Assembly: GCA_002682945.1 (NCBI GenBank)
Contig: NYSL01000018.1
Location: forward strand, 1,570-65,569
From: Cryomorphaceae bacterium
GTDB lineage: Bacteria > Bacteroidota > Bacteroidia > Flavobacteriales > Schleiferiaceae
Length of the DNA: 64,000 bases
Reading direction: 5' to 3'
In this document: positions 33,145-43,658 of the stretch, one piece after another
Position numbering within the stretch: the first letter of the stretch is position 1
Layout of the letters: every line of letters begins with the position of its first letter
Made by a program: the position numbers and the translations under genes
Notes under the pieces: model-generated
Seen by the model: the letters and a program-made list of their open reading frames with translations, nothing else
What the model was told of the DNA's origin: nothing
Database searches by the model: none

Positions 33145-34407
33145 CTATTGATTAAACCTTATTGCCTCAACGGGATCTAATTTTGAGGCCATTGAAGCAG
33201 GAGCTAAACCCGACAATAGACCAATAAATGCAGATAAACTAATCCCGGTAATAACATTAGCAAAACTTAAAAAAAGCTCAAACTCAGAAAAGCGAGAAGC
33301 AATTGATAATAGACATGAGACAAACAAAATACCCAAAACGCCTCCCAAAAGACTTAAAAGTATACTTTCAACCAAGAATTGAAGCAAAATGAAAGAACTC
33401 TTGGCACCAAGGGCTTTCTGAATTCCAATTTGACCGGTTCTCTCTCTTACACTTACGAACATAATATTTGCTATGCCAAACCCACCAACTAAAATAGAAA
33501 ACCCACCGATTATAGATCCTGCAATTCCAATGGCTGAAAACATAGTATCCAAACCACCACTGATAACCGAAGATTCATTCATCGAAAAATTATCTTCAGC
33601 TCGCGGACTCAATCTACGAATTACTCTCATGTTAACTCGAATATCGTCTTTGAACATTTTCATTGGAATATTATCTTTTGCTTTAAATTGTAAGGAAGTC
33701 TCAGATATTTTATCACCCATAATTGTAACCAAAAGACTTGCTGGAATCCACATTTTTGAATCATCCGACTGACCCAAAAGGTTTGATCCTTCTTTGTTCA
33801 TTACACCGATAACAGTGAACTCTCTACCTAATGTTTTAATGCTTCTTCCTAAAGGATCTTTTTCCCCAAAAAGCCCGAGAGATATATCGGCTCCGATAAC
33901 ACAGACAGATTTAGCCAATTTAGTTTCCTTTTCAGAAAAAAACCTACCATATTTAAAATTTAAATCTCTTTGGAATATCAGACCCGATTCAAATGTAACG
34001 CCTTCAATTTTTGCATTCTCTACACTAGAATTTCCATATTTTAAAGTCCCATTGACACCAGCTGCAAAAGAAATATATTTCGCAGTAGGGACTCCACGGT
34101 TAACAATTTTCTTATAATCCTCCAAACTCACCTCAGGTCTCTGAAAATATTTCCACCAAGGATACCCATCAGGATCAGCTCCGCCTCCCCAAGCCCATTT
34201 ATTGACAAAAACAACATCTGAACCGATACTTTCAACGCTTTCCCGAATATTTTTTTCAAGACTGTCAACTATCGAATAAACAGATATGATCGCGAATATC
34301 CCTATTGCAATTCCCAGGAGACTTAAAGCAGTTCTTAAACGGTTGTTTATGAGTACATTCCATGCAAATCGATAAGACTCTGAAATAAGCGTAAAAATTT
34401 TCCACAT
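33145..34407 (-). CDS. ABC transporter permease, MacB/FtsX type
   Basis: 420 aa: one N-terminal TM segment, a large periplasmic domain and a C-terminal FtsX 3-TM bundle. No ATPase gene is adjacent. Confidence 0.85.
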   Translation of the reverse strand: MWKIFTLISESYRFAWNVLINNRLRTALSLLGIAIGIFAIISVYSIVDSLEKNIRESVESIGSDVVFVNKWAWGGGADPDGYPWWKYFQRPEVSLEDYKKIVNRGVPTAKYISFAAGVNGTLKYGNSSVENAKIEGVTFESGLIFQRDLNFKYGRFFSEKETKLAKSVCVIGADISLGLFGEKDPLGRSIKTLGREFTVIGVMNKEGSNLLGQSDDSKMWIPASLLVTIMGDKISETSLQFKAKDNIPMKMFKDDIRVNMRVIRRLSPRAEDNFSMNESSVISGGLDTMFSAIGIAGSIIGGFSILVGGFGIANIMFVSVRERTGQIGIQKALGAKSSFILLQFLVESILLSLLGGVLGILFVSCLLSIASRFSEFELFLSFANVITGISLSAFIGLLSGLAPASMASKLDPVEAIRFNQ

Positions 34408-34445
34408 GATGATTCAAAATTACAAAGTCGATGAATAGGAATCGC

Positions 34446-34453
34446 TACATTTG
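34446..34453 (+). promoter_or_regulatory. Candidate -7 promoter box for the purH-mre operon
   Basis: TACATTTG matches TAnnTTTG and lies 35 nt upstream of the purH ATG. I saw no clear -33 element. Confidence 0.35.
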
Positions 34454-34487
34454 TTTCTTAAAGTTCCTTACATCTATCTGAATTAAA

Positions 34488-36011
34488 ATGACTTTGAAAT
34501 TAAAACCCATAAAATCTGCTTTAATATCAGTTTTTAACAAAGAGGGCATTGAGTCTCTATTAAAAATTTTAACAGAAGAAGGAGTAAAGATTTACTCCAC
34601 AGGAGGCACAGAGGATTACATCAAAAAATTGGGGTATGATTGTACCTCCGTTGAATCCATTACAGATTTTCCAAGCATATTAGACGGGCGAGTCAAAACC
34701 CTTCATCCAAAAGTTTTTGGCGGAATACTCTGGAGAAGAGATTTGGAAAAAGATACTCAAACAATAAGCTCAATGAAAATTCCCAGTATAGATTTAGTAA
34801 TCGTTGACTTATATCCTTTCGAAATGACTGTGAATTCAACTAAAAATGAATCAGAAATTATAGAAAAAATCGATATCGGTGGTGTATCACTGATTCGCGC
34901 AGGAGCAAAAAATTTTAATGATGTTTGGACCATTTCATCAAAAACTCAATATGAAAAAGCCATTGAAATAATGACAAAAAATGGGGCAAAAAGCTCTCTC
35001 TCAGATCGAAAATTGTTTGCAGCTCAGGCATTTAAACTTTCTGCTCACTATGATTCCTTAATCTCAAATTGGTTAGATCCAGAAATTAAGCCTTTTGGGA
35101 CAATTAACGGAAAGAAAAAAGAATTACGCTATGGCGAAAATCCTCATCAAAAAGGTTGGTTTATCGGAGATCTTGATTCATTGTTCACCCAGCATAGTGG
35201 CAAAGAATTGAGTTATAATAACCTACTGGACATTGACTCGGCAATATCTTACTGTTCAGAGGGTAAAAACTCAACTGTTGTTATTATAAAGCACAATAAT
35301 GCATGTGGGTTTGCGATTTCAGAAACACTTGAAGATGCATGGAATAAATCCCTCTCCTCCGACCCCGTATCCGCGTTTGGTTCTGTAATTGCAACAAATA
35401 AAAAGATTGATGCTTCGACAGCAAGAAAAATCAATTCTATTTTTTTTGAGGTTTTAATTGCTCCCAGCTATTCAAAAGAAGCTCTCGAAATATTCAGATC
35501 TAAGAAAAACAGAATTATCTTGGAACTAAAAGTTGAAGAATTTCCGGAAACACTTGTTAGATCATCCTTGAATGGCCTCTTATTGCAGACGCGAGATATT
35601 CACAGAGATAATGAGAAAGATTTGAGAGTCGTAACTAAGAAAAAACCTACCTCAAAAGAAACAAATGATTTACTGCTCGCGTCCGCTATATCTAAGCATA
35701 CAAAAAGTAATACTATAGTTCTTGTAAAAGATCAGCAATTAATTTCAAGTGGAACAGGACAAACATCAAGAGTAGATGCTTTAAATCAAGCAATTAATAA
35801 AGCAAAATCATTTAACTTAGATCTAAAAGGGGCAGTAATGGCCTCGGATGCATTTTTCCCTTTCCCAGATTGCGTAGAAATTGCATTTGAAGCTGGAATT
35901 AATGCGGTAATTCAGCCAGGAGGGTCTGTCAAGGATGAACTGAGCATTAACTTTTGCGATAATAATAAAATGACTATGGTAATGACGGGCATTAGACACT
36001 TTAAACACTAA
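34488..36011 (+). CDS. purH: Bifunctional AICAR transformylase / IMP cyclohydrolase
   Basis: 507 aa with an MGS-like N-domain (ALISVFNKEGI...) and an AICARFT domain ending ...TGIRHFKH. Confidence 0.96.
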   Translation: MTLKLKPIKSALISVFNKEGIESLLKILTEEGVKIYSTGGTEDYIKKLGYDCTSVESITDFPSILDGRVKTLHPKVFGGILWRRDLEKDTQTISSMKIPSIDLVIVDLYPFEMTVNSTKNESEIIEKIDIGGVSLIRAGAKNFNDVWTISSKTQYEKAIEIMTKNGAKSSLSDRKLFAAQAFKLSAHYDSLISNWLDPEIKPFGTINGKKKELRYGENPHQKGWFIGDLDSLFTQHSGKELSYNNLLDIDSAISYCSEGKNSTVVIIKHNNACGFAISETLEDAWNKSLSSDPVSAFGSVIATNKKIDASTARKINSIFFEVLIAPSYSKEALEIFRSKKNRIILELKVEEFPETLVRSSLNGLLLQTRDIHRDNEKDLRVVTKKKPTSKETNDLLLASAISKHTKSNTIVLVKDQQLISSGTGQTSRVDALNQAINKAKSFNLDLKGAVMASDAFFPFPDCVEIAFEAGINAVIQPGGSVKDELSINFCDNNKMTMVMTGIRHFKH

Positions 36012-36020
36012 TATTTGGAT

Positions 36021-37049
36021 ATGGGACTTTTTGACTTTTTAACCTATGATATAGCTATTGATCTTGGAACAGCTAATACCCTTATAATTCACAATGATAA
36101 AGTTGTAGTTGACGCTCCATCAATTGTGGCAATTGACAGGTCCTCCAATGCTATTCTTGCAATTGGTCACGAAGCAATGCAAATGCATGGAAAAACTCAC
36201 GAAAATATAAGAACTGTAAGGCCATTAAAAGATGGCGTGATAGCAGATTTTGTTGCTTCAGAACACATGATTCGTGAAATGATCAAAAGTATCCCAGTGT
36301 TAAAAAGAAAATTACTTGCACCGTCATTGAGAATGGTTATCTGTATTCCAAGTGGAATTACTGAGGTAGAAAAGCGTGCAGTACGTGATTCTGCTGAGCA
36401 TGCAAATGCAAAAGAGGTTTATTTAATTCATGAACCCATGGCCGCAGCCATAGGTATTGGTGTTGATGTTCTTGAACCGAAAGGGAATATGATCATTGAT
36501 ATTGGTGGAGGGACTACTGAAATTGCGATTTTAGCCCTTGGAGGAATTGTTTGCGATAAAAGTATCAAAATAGCCGGAGATGTTTTTACCAATGATATTG
36601 CATATTACATGCGCTCTGAACATAATTTATTCGTCGGAGAAAGAACTGCAGAATCAATTAAAATAAATGTTGGGGCTGCGATAGATAATCTAAGTAATCC
36701 TCCTGATGATATTTCTGTGCAAGGAAGAGATTTAATAACGGGAAAACCGAAACAGGTAAACATTTCTTACCAAGAGATATCTAAGGCCCTTGATAAATCA
36801 CTTACCAGGATAGAAGATGCAGTTATGGAAGCTCTTGCTTTGACACCTCCCGAATTGTCTGCAGATATATACAATTCGGGTATTTATATGGCCGGTGGCG
36901 GGTCACTTTTAAGAGGTCTGGACCAAAGAATTTCGTCAAAAACGGACTTACCGGTATATGTTGCTGAAGATCCGCTTAGAGCAGTGGTACGAGGGACAGG
37001 AATAACCCTAAAAAACTTAGACAAATACCGCACCCTTTTGATGCGTTAA
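36021..37049 (+). CDS. mreB: Rod shape-determining protein MreB
   Basis: MGLFDFLTYDIAIDLGTANTLI... uses the ATG at 36021. The ORF-track TTG at 36015 adds 2 residues. Confidence 0.96.
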   Translation: MGLFDFLTYDIAIDLGTANTLIIHNDKVVVDAPSIVAIDRSSNAILAIGHEAMQMHGKTHENIRTVRPLKDGVIADFVASEHMIREMIKSIPVLKRKLLAPSLRMVICIPSGITEVEKRAVRDSAEHANAKEVYLIHEPMAAAIGIGVDVLEPKGNMIIDIGGGTTEIAILALGGIVCDKSIKIAGDVFTNDIAYYMRSEHNLFVGERTAESIKINVGAAIDNLSNPPDDISVQGRDLITGKPKQVNISYQEISKALDKSLTRIEDAVMEALALTPPELSADIYNSGIYMAGGGSLLRGLDQRISSKTDLPVYVAEDPLRAVVRGTGITLKNLDKYRTLLMR

Positions 37050-37052
37050 AAA

Positions 37053-37853
37053 ATGCGAAATGTCTTAAGGTTTATTATTCGATACCGCATAATCTCAACA
37101 CTTATTTTTTTTCAAGTTTTGGGTTTGACCAAAACATATACAAGTTCGGCCATTCACCAATCTATTTTTTGGGATCAAGTACTTAATTTTCAAGGAAAAT
37201 GGAACAAAGTCACAGACAGCTGGCGAGGTTATTTTCAACTAAAAAATATAAACGAGTCCCTTCAAAAAGAAAATTTAATATTACGAAATCAAATCGGACC
37301 AATTTATATTGATTCAAAAGGATTCAATGACACCATTCAATTTAGATGGATAGATGGGCAGGTCTTATACTCAAGTATTCACCTAAAAAATAATTATTTA
37401 ATCATCAATAAAGGGAGAATAGATAAAATATCTGTTGGGGATGGAGTTCTTGGAATTCAAGGAGAGGTAATGGGTATTATTGATAAAACCTCAGATCATT
37501 TTAGCAGAGTATTACCAATAATAAATAGTGAATCTCGAATTTCGGGTATCGTCAAAAAATCAGGTCATTTTGGTACAATAATTTGGCGAGGTGGTGCGTC
37601 AAATAGAGTTAAAATGATTGATCTACCTTTTGAAACCACATTATTACCTGGAGATACAATTATAAGTGATTCTCGCTCAAATATTTTCCCTACAGGTATG
37701 CCTATTGGCTATATATCAGAGATAATATCTGATTCTGCCAATCAAAGTCAAATAGCTACTTTAGAAATATTCGTTGATTATGCAAAAATTCAACCTATTT
37801 ATATAGTTAAAAACCATTTGAAATCAGAATTTGAAAAGCTTAGAAAACCATGA
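37053..37853 (+). CDS. mreC: Rod shape-determining protein MreC
   Basis: 266 aa with an N-terminal TM segment, a coiled segment and a beta-rich domain. It lies between mreB and mreD. Confidence 0.85.
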   Translation: MRNVLRFIIRYRIISTLIFFQVLGLTKTYTSSAIHQSIFWDQVLNFQGKWNKVTDSWRGYFQLKNINESLQKENLILRNQIGPIYIDSKGFNDTIQFRWIDGQVLYSSIHLKNNYLIINKGRIDKISVGDGVLGIQGEVMGIIDKTSDHFSRVLPIINSESRISGIVKKSGHFGTIIWRGGASNRVKMIDLPFETTLLPGDTIISDSRSNIFPTGMPIGYISEIISDSANQSQIATLEIFVDYAKIQPIYIVKNHLKSEFEKLRKP

Positions 37854-38350
37854 GAAAAATTAATAATTGGCTAATTTGGAGTGGTATTTTAATATTCGCT
37901 CAATCACTGATTATTAATAAAATTCAAGTATATGGTTTTTTAAACCCATACCTATATGTTTCCGTATTTTTAATAGTTCCAACCTCTATTGGGAAAATGC
38001 CCTTATTATTAATCGGAGCATTGGTCGGAGGGTTTATGGATCTGATATTACTAACCGGAGGAATACATTTAATGGCATCAACTCTTATATGCTTCTTGCA
38101 ACCAAAAATTCTCGGATATATAGTCCCAAGAGCGGATGAAGAAAATCTTCCATTTATGCCCAGTGAAATGGGAATACCCAAATGGTTAATTTATTCAGGC
38201 TCAACTATACTTATTCACCATACTTATTTATTTTTTGTTGATTCACACAGCTTTAATGCTCCTCTATATTTAATTTGGAGAATAATTATTTCCACATTTG
38301 CAACCACAATTTTAACCATGAGTATTCTCTTTTTTGTAAAAAACAAATAG
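37850..38350 (+). CDS. mreD: Rod shape-determining protein MreD
   Basis: 166-aa polytopic membrane protein. Its start overlaps mreC by 4 nt (ATGA) and it is in the expected position. Confidence 0.75.
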   Translation: MRKINNWLIWSGILIFAQSLIINKIQVYGFLNPYLYVSVFLIVPTSIGKMPLLLIGALVGGFMDLILLTGGIHLMASTLICFLQPKILGYIVPRADEENLPFMPSEMGIPKWLIYSGSTILIHHTYLFFVDSHSFNAPLYLIWRIIISTFATTILTMSILFFVKNK

Positions 38351-38354
38351 ATAA

Positions 38355-40190
38355 GTGATGAGGAGCAAACTGCTTTTAACTCTTTTAATTGGGCTAACAG
38401 TAACGTTCATATTTAGATTATTTCAAATTCAAATAATCGATTCAAAATATACTCTTGACGCTGCAAATAATGCTCAAAGAATGGAGAAAATATTTGCTCC
38501 AAGAGGAATTATTTTAGATCGCGACAGTAACCTTCTTGCTATGAATCAAGCTGCCTACGATATAGAGGTGACGACAAGTTTATTAAATTCCCTAGACACC
38601 TTAAGGTTATCAAAATTAATCGGTGTAAGTGAAAAAAAAATTAAATCATCTTTGAGAAAAGCTCAACGTTATTCTCCATATAGACCAAGTTCTTTAATTC
38701 GAGGATTAACGGCTCAAGATTTTGCAAAAATTCAAGAAGAGGTAGGTTTTTATCCTGGGATCTCTATGAGAAGAAGAACCTTTCGAAAGTATTCTAACTC
38801 AGCATCAGGAAGCGCAATAGGCTATGTGGGAGAAGTTAATGATTATATTTTATCAAAAAAACCTGAGTATAAATTAGGAGATTATATAGGAATTGCGGGA
38901 ATCGAGGCGAGTTATGAAAGGTACTTAAGAGGTAAAGATGGAATACAATATATAACAGTTGATAATCTAAATCGTGATAAAGGCCCATTTCAAGGAGGCA
39001 AATATGACATTGACCCAGTTCCAGGAAAAAATATAATGACGACTTTAGACTCAAGATTACAAGAATATGGGAGACTACTGATGTCAGGGAAAAGAGGTAG
39101 TATTGTTGCAATTTCTCCAGAATCAGGCGAAATACTTACACTCCTATCATCACCAGATTATAATCCCAATTTACTAGTCGGTAGGCACCGTTCAAAAAAT
39201 TATAATCTTTTATATCTCGATTCAATAAATAAACCTCTTTTTCATCGGGGCTTATTGGCTGTTTATCCCCCAGGCTCACCTTTCAAAATCATCAATGCAT
39301 TAATTGCATTGGAGGAGGAAACCATAAAACCTTCGACCAACTTCAATTGTATTGATGGTTATCACTATGGCGAACTCCATGTAGGATGTCATTGCGAATC
39401 AGGACTTGTTAATCTGCGCAAATCAATTTCTCGTAGTTGTAATAACTACCATTGCCAAATTTTCAAAAAAACCATAGATAAGTTTCAATCAACAGCCAAG
39501 GGGCTAGATGAATGGGAAAAGCACGTGAGAAGTTTTGGCTTGGGAGATTACCTTGGAGTTGATATAAATTCTGGAAGAAAAGGATTTGTACCAAATTCCG
39601 ACTTCTATAATAATTATTACCAAAATAAACGATGGAAGGCACCGACCATTGTTTCCTTGGCAATCGGGCAAGGTGAATTAGGGGTAACTCCTTTACAACT
39701 ATCTAACATGACTGCTATCATAGCTAATAGGGGTCATTGGTTTATTCCTCATATTGTTAAATCTATTGACGGAACCATAATTGATAGTCTTAAGTATCAA
39801 ACTCCAATGAGAACAACCATTAAAAAGAAGCATTTTGATACTGTAATAAAGGGAATGGAAGATGTATTAAAAATTGGCACAGCTAAAGAATCAAGTCTTA
39901 ATGGAATTCGAATTGCTGGCAAAACAGGTACAGCGGAAAATCCACATGGACAAGATCATTCGATATTCATCGCATTTGCTCCTATTGATTCACCTCAAAT
40001 CGCAATTGCTGTTATTATTGAAAATGGTTATTGGGGATCACGCTGGGCTGCTCCCATAGCCAGTCTAATGATCGAGAAGTATATAAATGATACTATAACC
40101 AGAAAAGACTTGGAGGATCGTATGATATCCAGGAGTTTGGCAAATGAATACGGTGTGGAAAGTGTCGAAATCAAACTCCCTAAAAATTAA
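38355..40190 (+). CDS. mrdA: Penicillin-binding protein 2 (elongasome transpeptidase)
   Basis: 611 aa with the motifs SPFK (SxxK), SRSCN (SxN) and KTGT. Confidence 0.93.
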   Translation: MMRSKLLLTLLIGLTVTFIFRLFQIQIIDSKYTLDAANNAQRMEKIFAPRGIILDRDSNLLAMNQAAYDIEVTTSLLNSLDTLRLSKLIGVSEKKIKSSLRKAQRYSPYRPSSLIRGLTAQDFAKIQEEVGFYPGISMRRRTFRKYSNSASGSAIGYVGEVNDYILSKKPEYKLGDYIGIAGIEASYERYLRGKDGIQYITVDNLNRDKGPFQGGKYDIDPVPGKNIMTTLDSRLQEYGRLLMSGKRGSIVAISPESGEILTLLSSPDYNPNLLVGRHRSKNYNLLYLDSINKPLFHRGLLAVYPPGSPFKIINALIALEEETIKPSTNFNCIDGYHYGELHVGCHCESGLVNLRKSISRSCNNYHCQIFKKTIDKFQSTAKGLDEWEKHVRSFGLGDYLGVDINSGRKGFVPNSDFYNNYYQNKRWKAPTIVSLAIGQGELGVTPLQLSNMTAIIANRGHWFIPHIVKSIDGTIIDSLKYQTPMRTTIKKKHFDTVIKGMEDVLKIGTAKESSLNGIRIAGKTGTAENPHGQDHSIFIAFAPIDSPQIAIAVIIENGYWGSRWAAPIASLMIEKYINDTITRKDLEDRMISRSLANEYGVESVEIKLPKN

Positions 40191-41467
40191 TGCGAAACGA
40201 TTCAAATTTATTCGGAAGAATTGATAAGATCACATTAATTCTTTATTATTTTCTTACACTTTTTGGTTGGATAAATTTGTTTGCAACTGTAAATGCAGGT
40301 TCTAATTTGTTCAATTGGAACTGGGCTAATGAGGCTGGAAGACAGTTGATTTTTATTGGACTTAGTAATATTCTCATTTTTATATTTCTCTTGAGCGATC
40401 CAAGAATATATGAATTTTTAGCAATACCGGTTTATGGGATTGCTATCATTTTATTAATTTGTGTACTGTTCTTTGGTGCAGAAGTAGGGGGAAGTAAAAG
40501 TTGGTTGGATATTGCTTCGTTTAGATTTCAACCGTCTGAGCTGGCCAAATTGGGAACCATCTTGATCGTTGCAAAATTATTATCGAAAAGAAATGTGAAT
40601 CTTAGTGTTTGGAAAGATCGGTGGATTCCGTTTGGTGCTATTTTGTTACCAATTTTATTAATTGGCTTACAACCCGATGCAGGATCTGCAATCGTTTTTT
40701 TAGGACTGACATTTGTTTTAAATCGCGAGGGTCTCCCCTCTTACTTTATTCAATTAGGTATAGGAAGTCTAATATTATCAATATTCGCTTTGGCTTTTAA
40801 AACAAATACTGTATTCATCATAATTTTATTCTTTTACATAATCGCTTTATTTATTCAAAGAATTCAAAACCGTATCACCTTGAAGGACCTGATTCGCCAT
40901 CGAATATCTTTTCTTATGATAATTGCCATCATTTGGAGTCGTTTTGTAAATTTTTTTTTCAACGAGCTCTTGTTACCCCATCAACAAATCAGAATAAAAC
41001 TTTTATTGGGTCAATTAGAAGATACTTCAGCTATTGGCTACCAAACTACACAATCTCTCATTGCTATTGGCTCGGGAGGAATTATCGGGAAAGGTTATAT
41101 GAAAGGGACACAAACAAAATTTAATTTCGTTCCCGAACAAGCGACAGACTACATTTTTTGCACTGTAGGAGAAGAGTGGGGATTCCTTGGTTCAAGTATT
41201 GTTTTAATTTGCTTTTCTCTTCTCATTGGCAGAATTATAATACTATCAAATCTTCAAAAAAATTCATTTGCTCGAATTTTTGGATTTGGTCTCGCATCAC
41301 TTTTATTTATGCACTTTGCAATTAATATCGGTATGACCTTAGGTCTAATGCCCGTTATTGGCATTCCCTTACCTTTTTTTAGTTATGGGGGGACTTCAAT
41401 AATGGCTTTTACAGCAATGCTGTTTATATTTTTGAGAATGGATTCTTATCGCTGGGAAACTTTGTGA
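40190..41467 (+). CDS. rodA: Rod shape-determining protein RodA (SEDS family)
   Basis: 425-aa polytopic protein of the FtsW/RodA/SpoVE family (FQPSELAK, PFFSYGGTS). Its start overlaps the mrdA stop by 1 nt. Confidence 0.93.
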   Translation: MRNDSNLFGRIDKITLILYYFLTLFGWINLFATVNAGSNLFNWNWANEAGRQLIFIGLSNILIFIFLLSDPRIYEFLAIPVYGIAIILLICVLFFGAEVGGSKSWLDIASFRFQPSELAKLGTILIVAKLLSKRNVNLSVWKDRWIPFGAILLPILLIGLQPDAGSAIVFLGLTFVLNREGLPSYFIQLGIGSLILSIFALAFKTNTVFIIILFFYIIALFIQRIQNRITLKDLIRHRISFLMIIAIIWSRFVNFFFNELLLPHQQIRIKLLLGQLEDTSAIGYQTTQSLIAIGSGGIIGKGYMKGTQTKFNFVPEQATDYIFCTVGEEWGFLGSSIVLICFSLLIGRIIILSNLQKNSFARIFGFGLASLLFMHFAINIGMTLGLMPVIGIPLPFFSYGGTSIMAFTAMLFIFLRMDSYRWETL

Positions 41468-41490
41468 TCGGGTTCTAGTTTGAACTAAGT

Positions 41491-43590
41491 TTAAAAGAAA
41501 CGCCCCCGATTGTCTTGAATATCTGAGGCATCCACTAAAGACTCGAGCAATTGTGATTGAACACGAGACCTCAATAAATTTACCTCCGAAGCCACTTCAG
41601 CAGCTGAAAAATTTGATGCAGAATTTTCTGATTTCTTTAAAACTCGATATTTAAAAACTCCATTTTCACCTTTAATAAGCTTTGATTCATAACCCACATT
41701 AGATCCTACGGCTTGGCCGATAAAGCTATTTTCTCGTCCGACAGAGGGAATAAAATTATTTGTAAGTGAAACGGCATTATTCTTCCATGAGTAAGATGCT
41801 TCATCACTATTTGATTTTTCAAAAGAGTCAAATAAGTAATTCACTTTAGATCTATTCAATGCTAATGTTTTAAGCTCATCTTTGACATATTCAAAAGGCT
41901 TATATCCAGGCTCATAAACTGCTATTAATTCAGTAACTACATAATTTCTGTAACCGTTATTCACAATTCCAACATCTCCAACAGATCTATCTTCATTAAA
42001 TAACCACTTCACAATTTCTCTTGAGTCTCCTTGCAAGCCAGCAATAGATTGATCCGTTGAATTTGTATTATTATTGGAGAGAAGCATCACCTGATAGTTC
42101 TTTGCTATATCTTGAGCGTTATCACCCGACTGTAATGCCTTGGCAAATTCAGCAGCTCTTTTATATATTCCTTGTTCTGTCTCTTTACTTACACTTACAC
42201 GACGAAAAACTTGCGCAAGCTTTATTGAAGGAATTTGTCCATTTTGGTCTATTATATTTATTATATGAAATCCGAAATTAGTTAAGACCAAACCGAGGTC
42301 ACCAATATTGTTTCTAAAACAAAAATCTTCAAATGGCTTTGCCATTCTGTTTGTCTTAAACCAACCTAAGTCCCCTCCCTGAGATCCAGCAAAAGTGTCA
42401 TCATTAAGTGTACCATTGGCAGTCTCAAAAGATATCGCTCCTAAATTCAAGATTTCAAAAATGGAGTCTGCTATAGCTTTGGCATCATTAAAAGATCGTG
42501 TGACCTGAGAACGCTCTGCACCTTCAAAAGAAATCAATATATGTTTTGCTTTAACTGAATCAGGTAAACTTCGGCGATCCATTATTTTCAGAATTTGGTA
42601 TCCATCACCTGTTTCCAAAGGTTCACTTACAAAACCTTCCTTCCTTCCTTGTATTGCATTTCTAAGATTCAAATCTAAAAGTTCCAAATCAGAATAAACA
42701 TCTTGAAAAGGAAGATCGCTATTGGCCATAACAAATAAGCTATCATCGTCCGAATCTTCGAAATCAGACTTTAAATCTAACAATTCACCAAATGCCAACG
42801 CCCTGTCCTCATCTGAAGGGTTGATAGGAAAATCAGCAAACAACATATCTCTTAACTCCGAATCCACTTTAAAATCCTCTTTCGTCATATCATAAACAGC
42901 CTGATAATCACTATCAGTCAAGTCCGAAACAGAGTCGTCTAATTCAGAAATTAATGAGCCAAACCATTCGATTTCAGCTTGAATTTCATTTCTTGAATTC
43001 TCATGATTTTGAAGACTTACAGGGATATTTAAACCACTTTGAACCGCTGAATAAAACTTATTTGTCATCGCCTCATCTCTTACATTGCTTTCAAAATTTA
43101 CCCAATTCAGCCATTGATCATTAGCCTCGGGCGATGATTCACGATTATCTCGTAAATTGGCCAGTGTGGATTTTAACAACTCCTGATCAAATAATCCGGT
43201 GTTAGGATCTCTAAAACCATCCATTTGCTGAATACTCGGGTTGAGAGTGATTTGATCCCATAATTCTTCTGTGGAAATTGTAAAACCAAGGTCCGTCTGA
43301 ATTGTACCGATAATTTCTTTCGTCAAGGTCTGGTTCCAAACAACTTCTGAGAGTTGAATAGCACTAAAAGAGGCGACTTGCTGATTGTTTAATCGTAAAT
43401 TTTCAATATCCTTATTAAAATCGAAGTAACTTATTTTATTCCCGTTTATAAATCCGACCGCATCCTGATCGGAATCAAACATACTGGATCCAGAATTTAA
43501 AAATTCTCCTAAAATAAATGCTGCTAACGCCGTTCCAATTACCAAGATCACTAGACCTGAACGTTTTCGGATTTTTTCGAAAATTGCCAT
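41491..43590 (-). CDS. Periplasmic parvulin-type peptidyl-prolyl isomerase, PpiD/SurA-like
   Basis: 699 aa with an N-terminal TM anchor and a parvulin block GGDLGWF......F....N.GDLGLV.T.FGFHII. Confidence 0.85.
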   Translation of the reverse strand: MAIFEKIRKRSGLVILVIGTALAAFILGEFLNSGSSMFDSDQDAVGFINGNKISYFDFNKDIENLRLNNQQVASFSAIQLSEVVWNQTLTKEIIGTIQTDLGFTISTEELWDQITLNPSIQQMDGFRDPNTGLFDQELLKSTLANLRDNRESSPEANDQWLNWVNFESNVRDEAMTNKFYSAVQSGLNIPVSLQNHENSRNEIQAEIEWFGSLISELDDSVSDLTDSDYQAVYDMTKEDFKVDSELRDMLFADFPINPSDEDRALAFGELLDLKSDFEDSDDDSLFVMANSDLPFQDVYSDLELLDLNLRNAIQGRKEGFVSEPLETGDGYQILKIMDRRSLPDSVKAKHILISFEGAERSQVTRSFNDAKAIADSIFEILNLGAISFETANGTLNDDTFAGSQGGDLGWFKTNRMAKPFEDFCFRNNIGDLGLVLTNFGFHIINIIDQNGQIPSIKLAQVFRRVSVSKETEQGIYKRAAEFAKALQSGDNAQDIAKNYQVMLLSNNNTNSTDQSIAGLQGDSREIVKWLFNEDRSVGDVGIVNNGYRNYVVTELIAVYEPGYKPFEYVKDELKTLALNRSKVNYLFDSFEKSNSDEASYSWKNNAVSLTNNFIPSVGRENSFIGQAVGSNVGYESKLIKGENGVFKYRVLKKSENSASNFSAAEVASEVNLLRSRVQSQLLESLVDASDIQDNRGRFF

Positions 43591-43658
43591 AAGATTTTTT
43601 TATGTGAGGATGCGAATATACAAAGTTGTAGGCATCCATTAATGAGAGATTTTCTGTT

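Noticed and set aside
43607-43636. Inverted repeat GGATGC-N18-GCATCC between the CNNM-like gene and the ppiD-like gene
   Set aside because: The stem is short, the loop is large, and there is no T-run or recognisable promoter box. The evidence is insufficient for a terminator or an operator.
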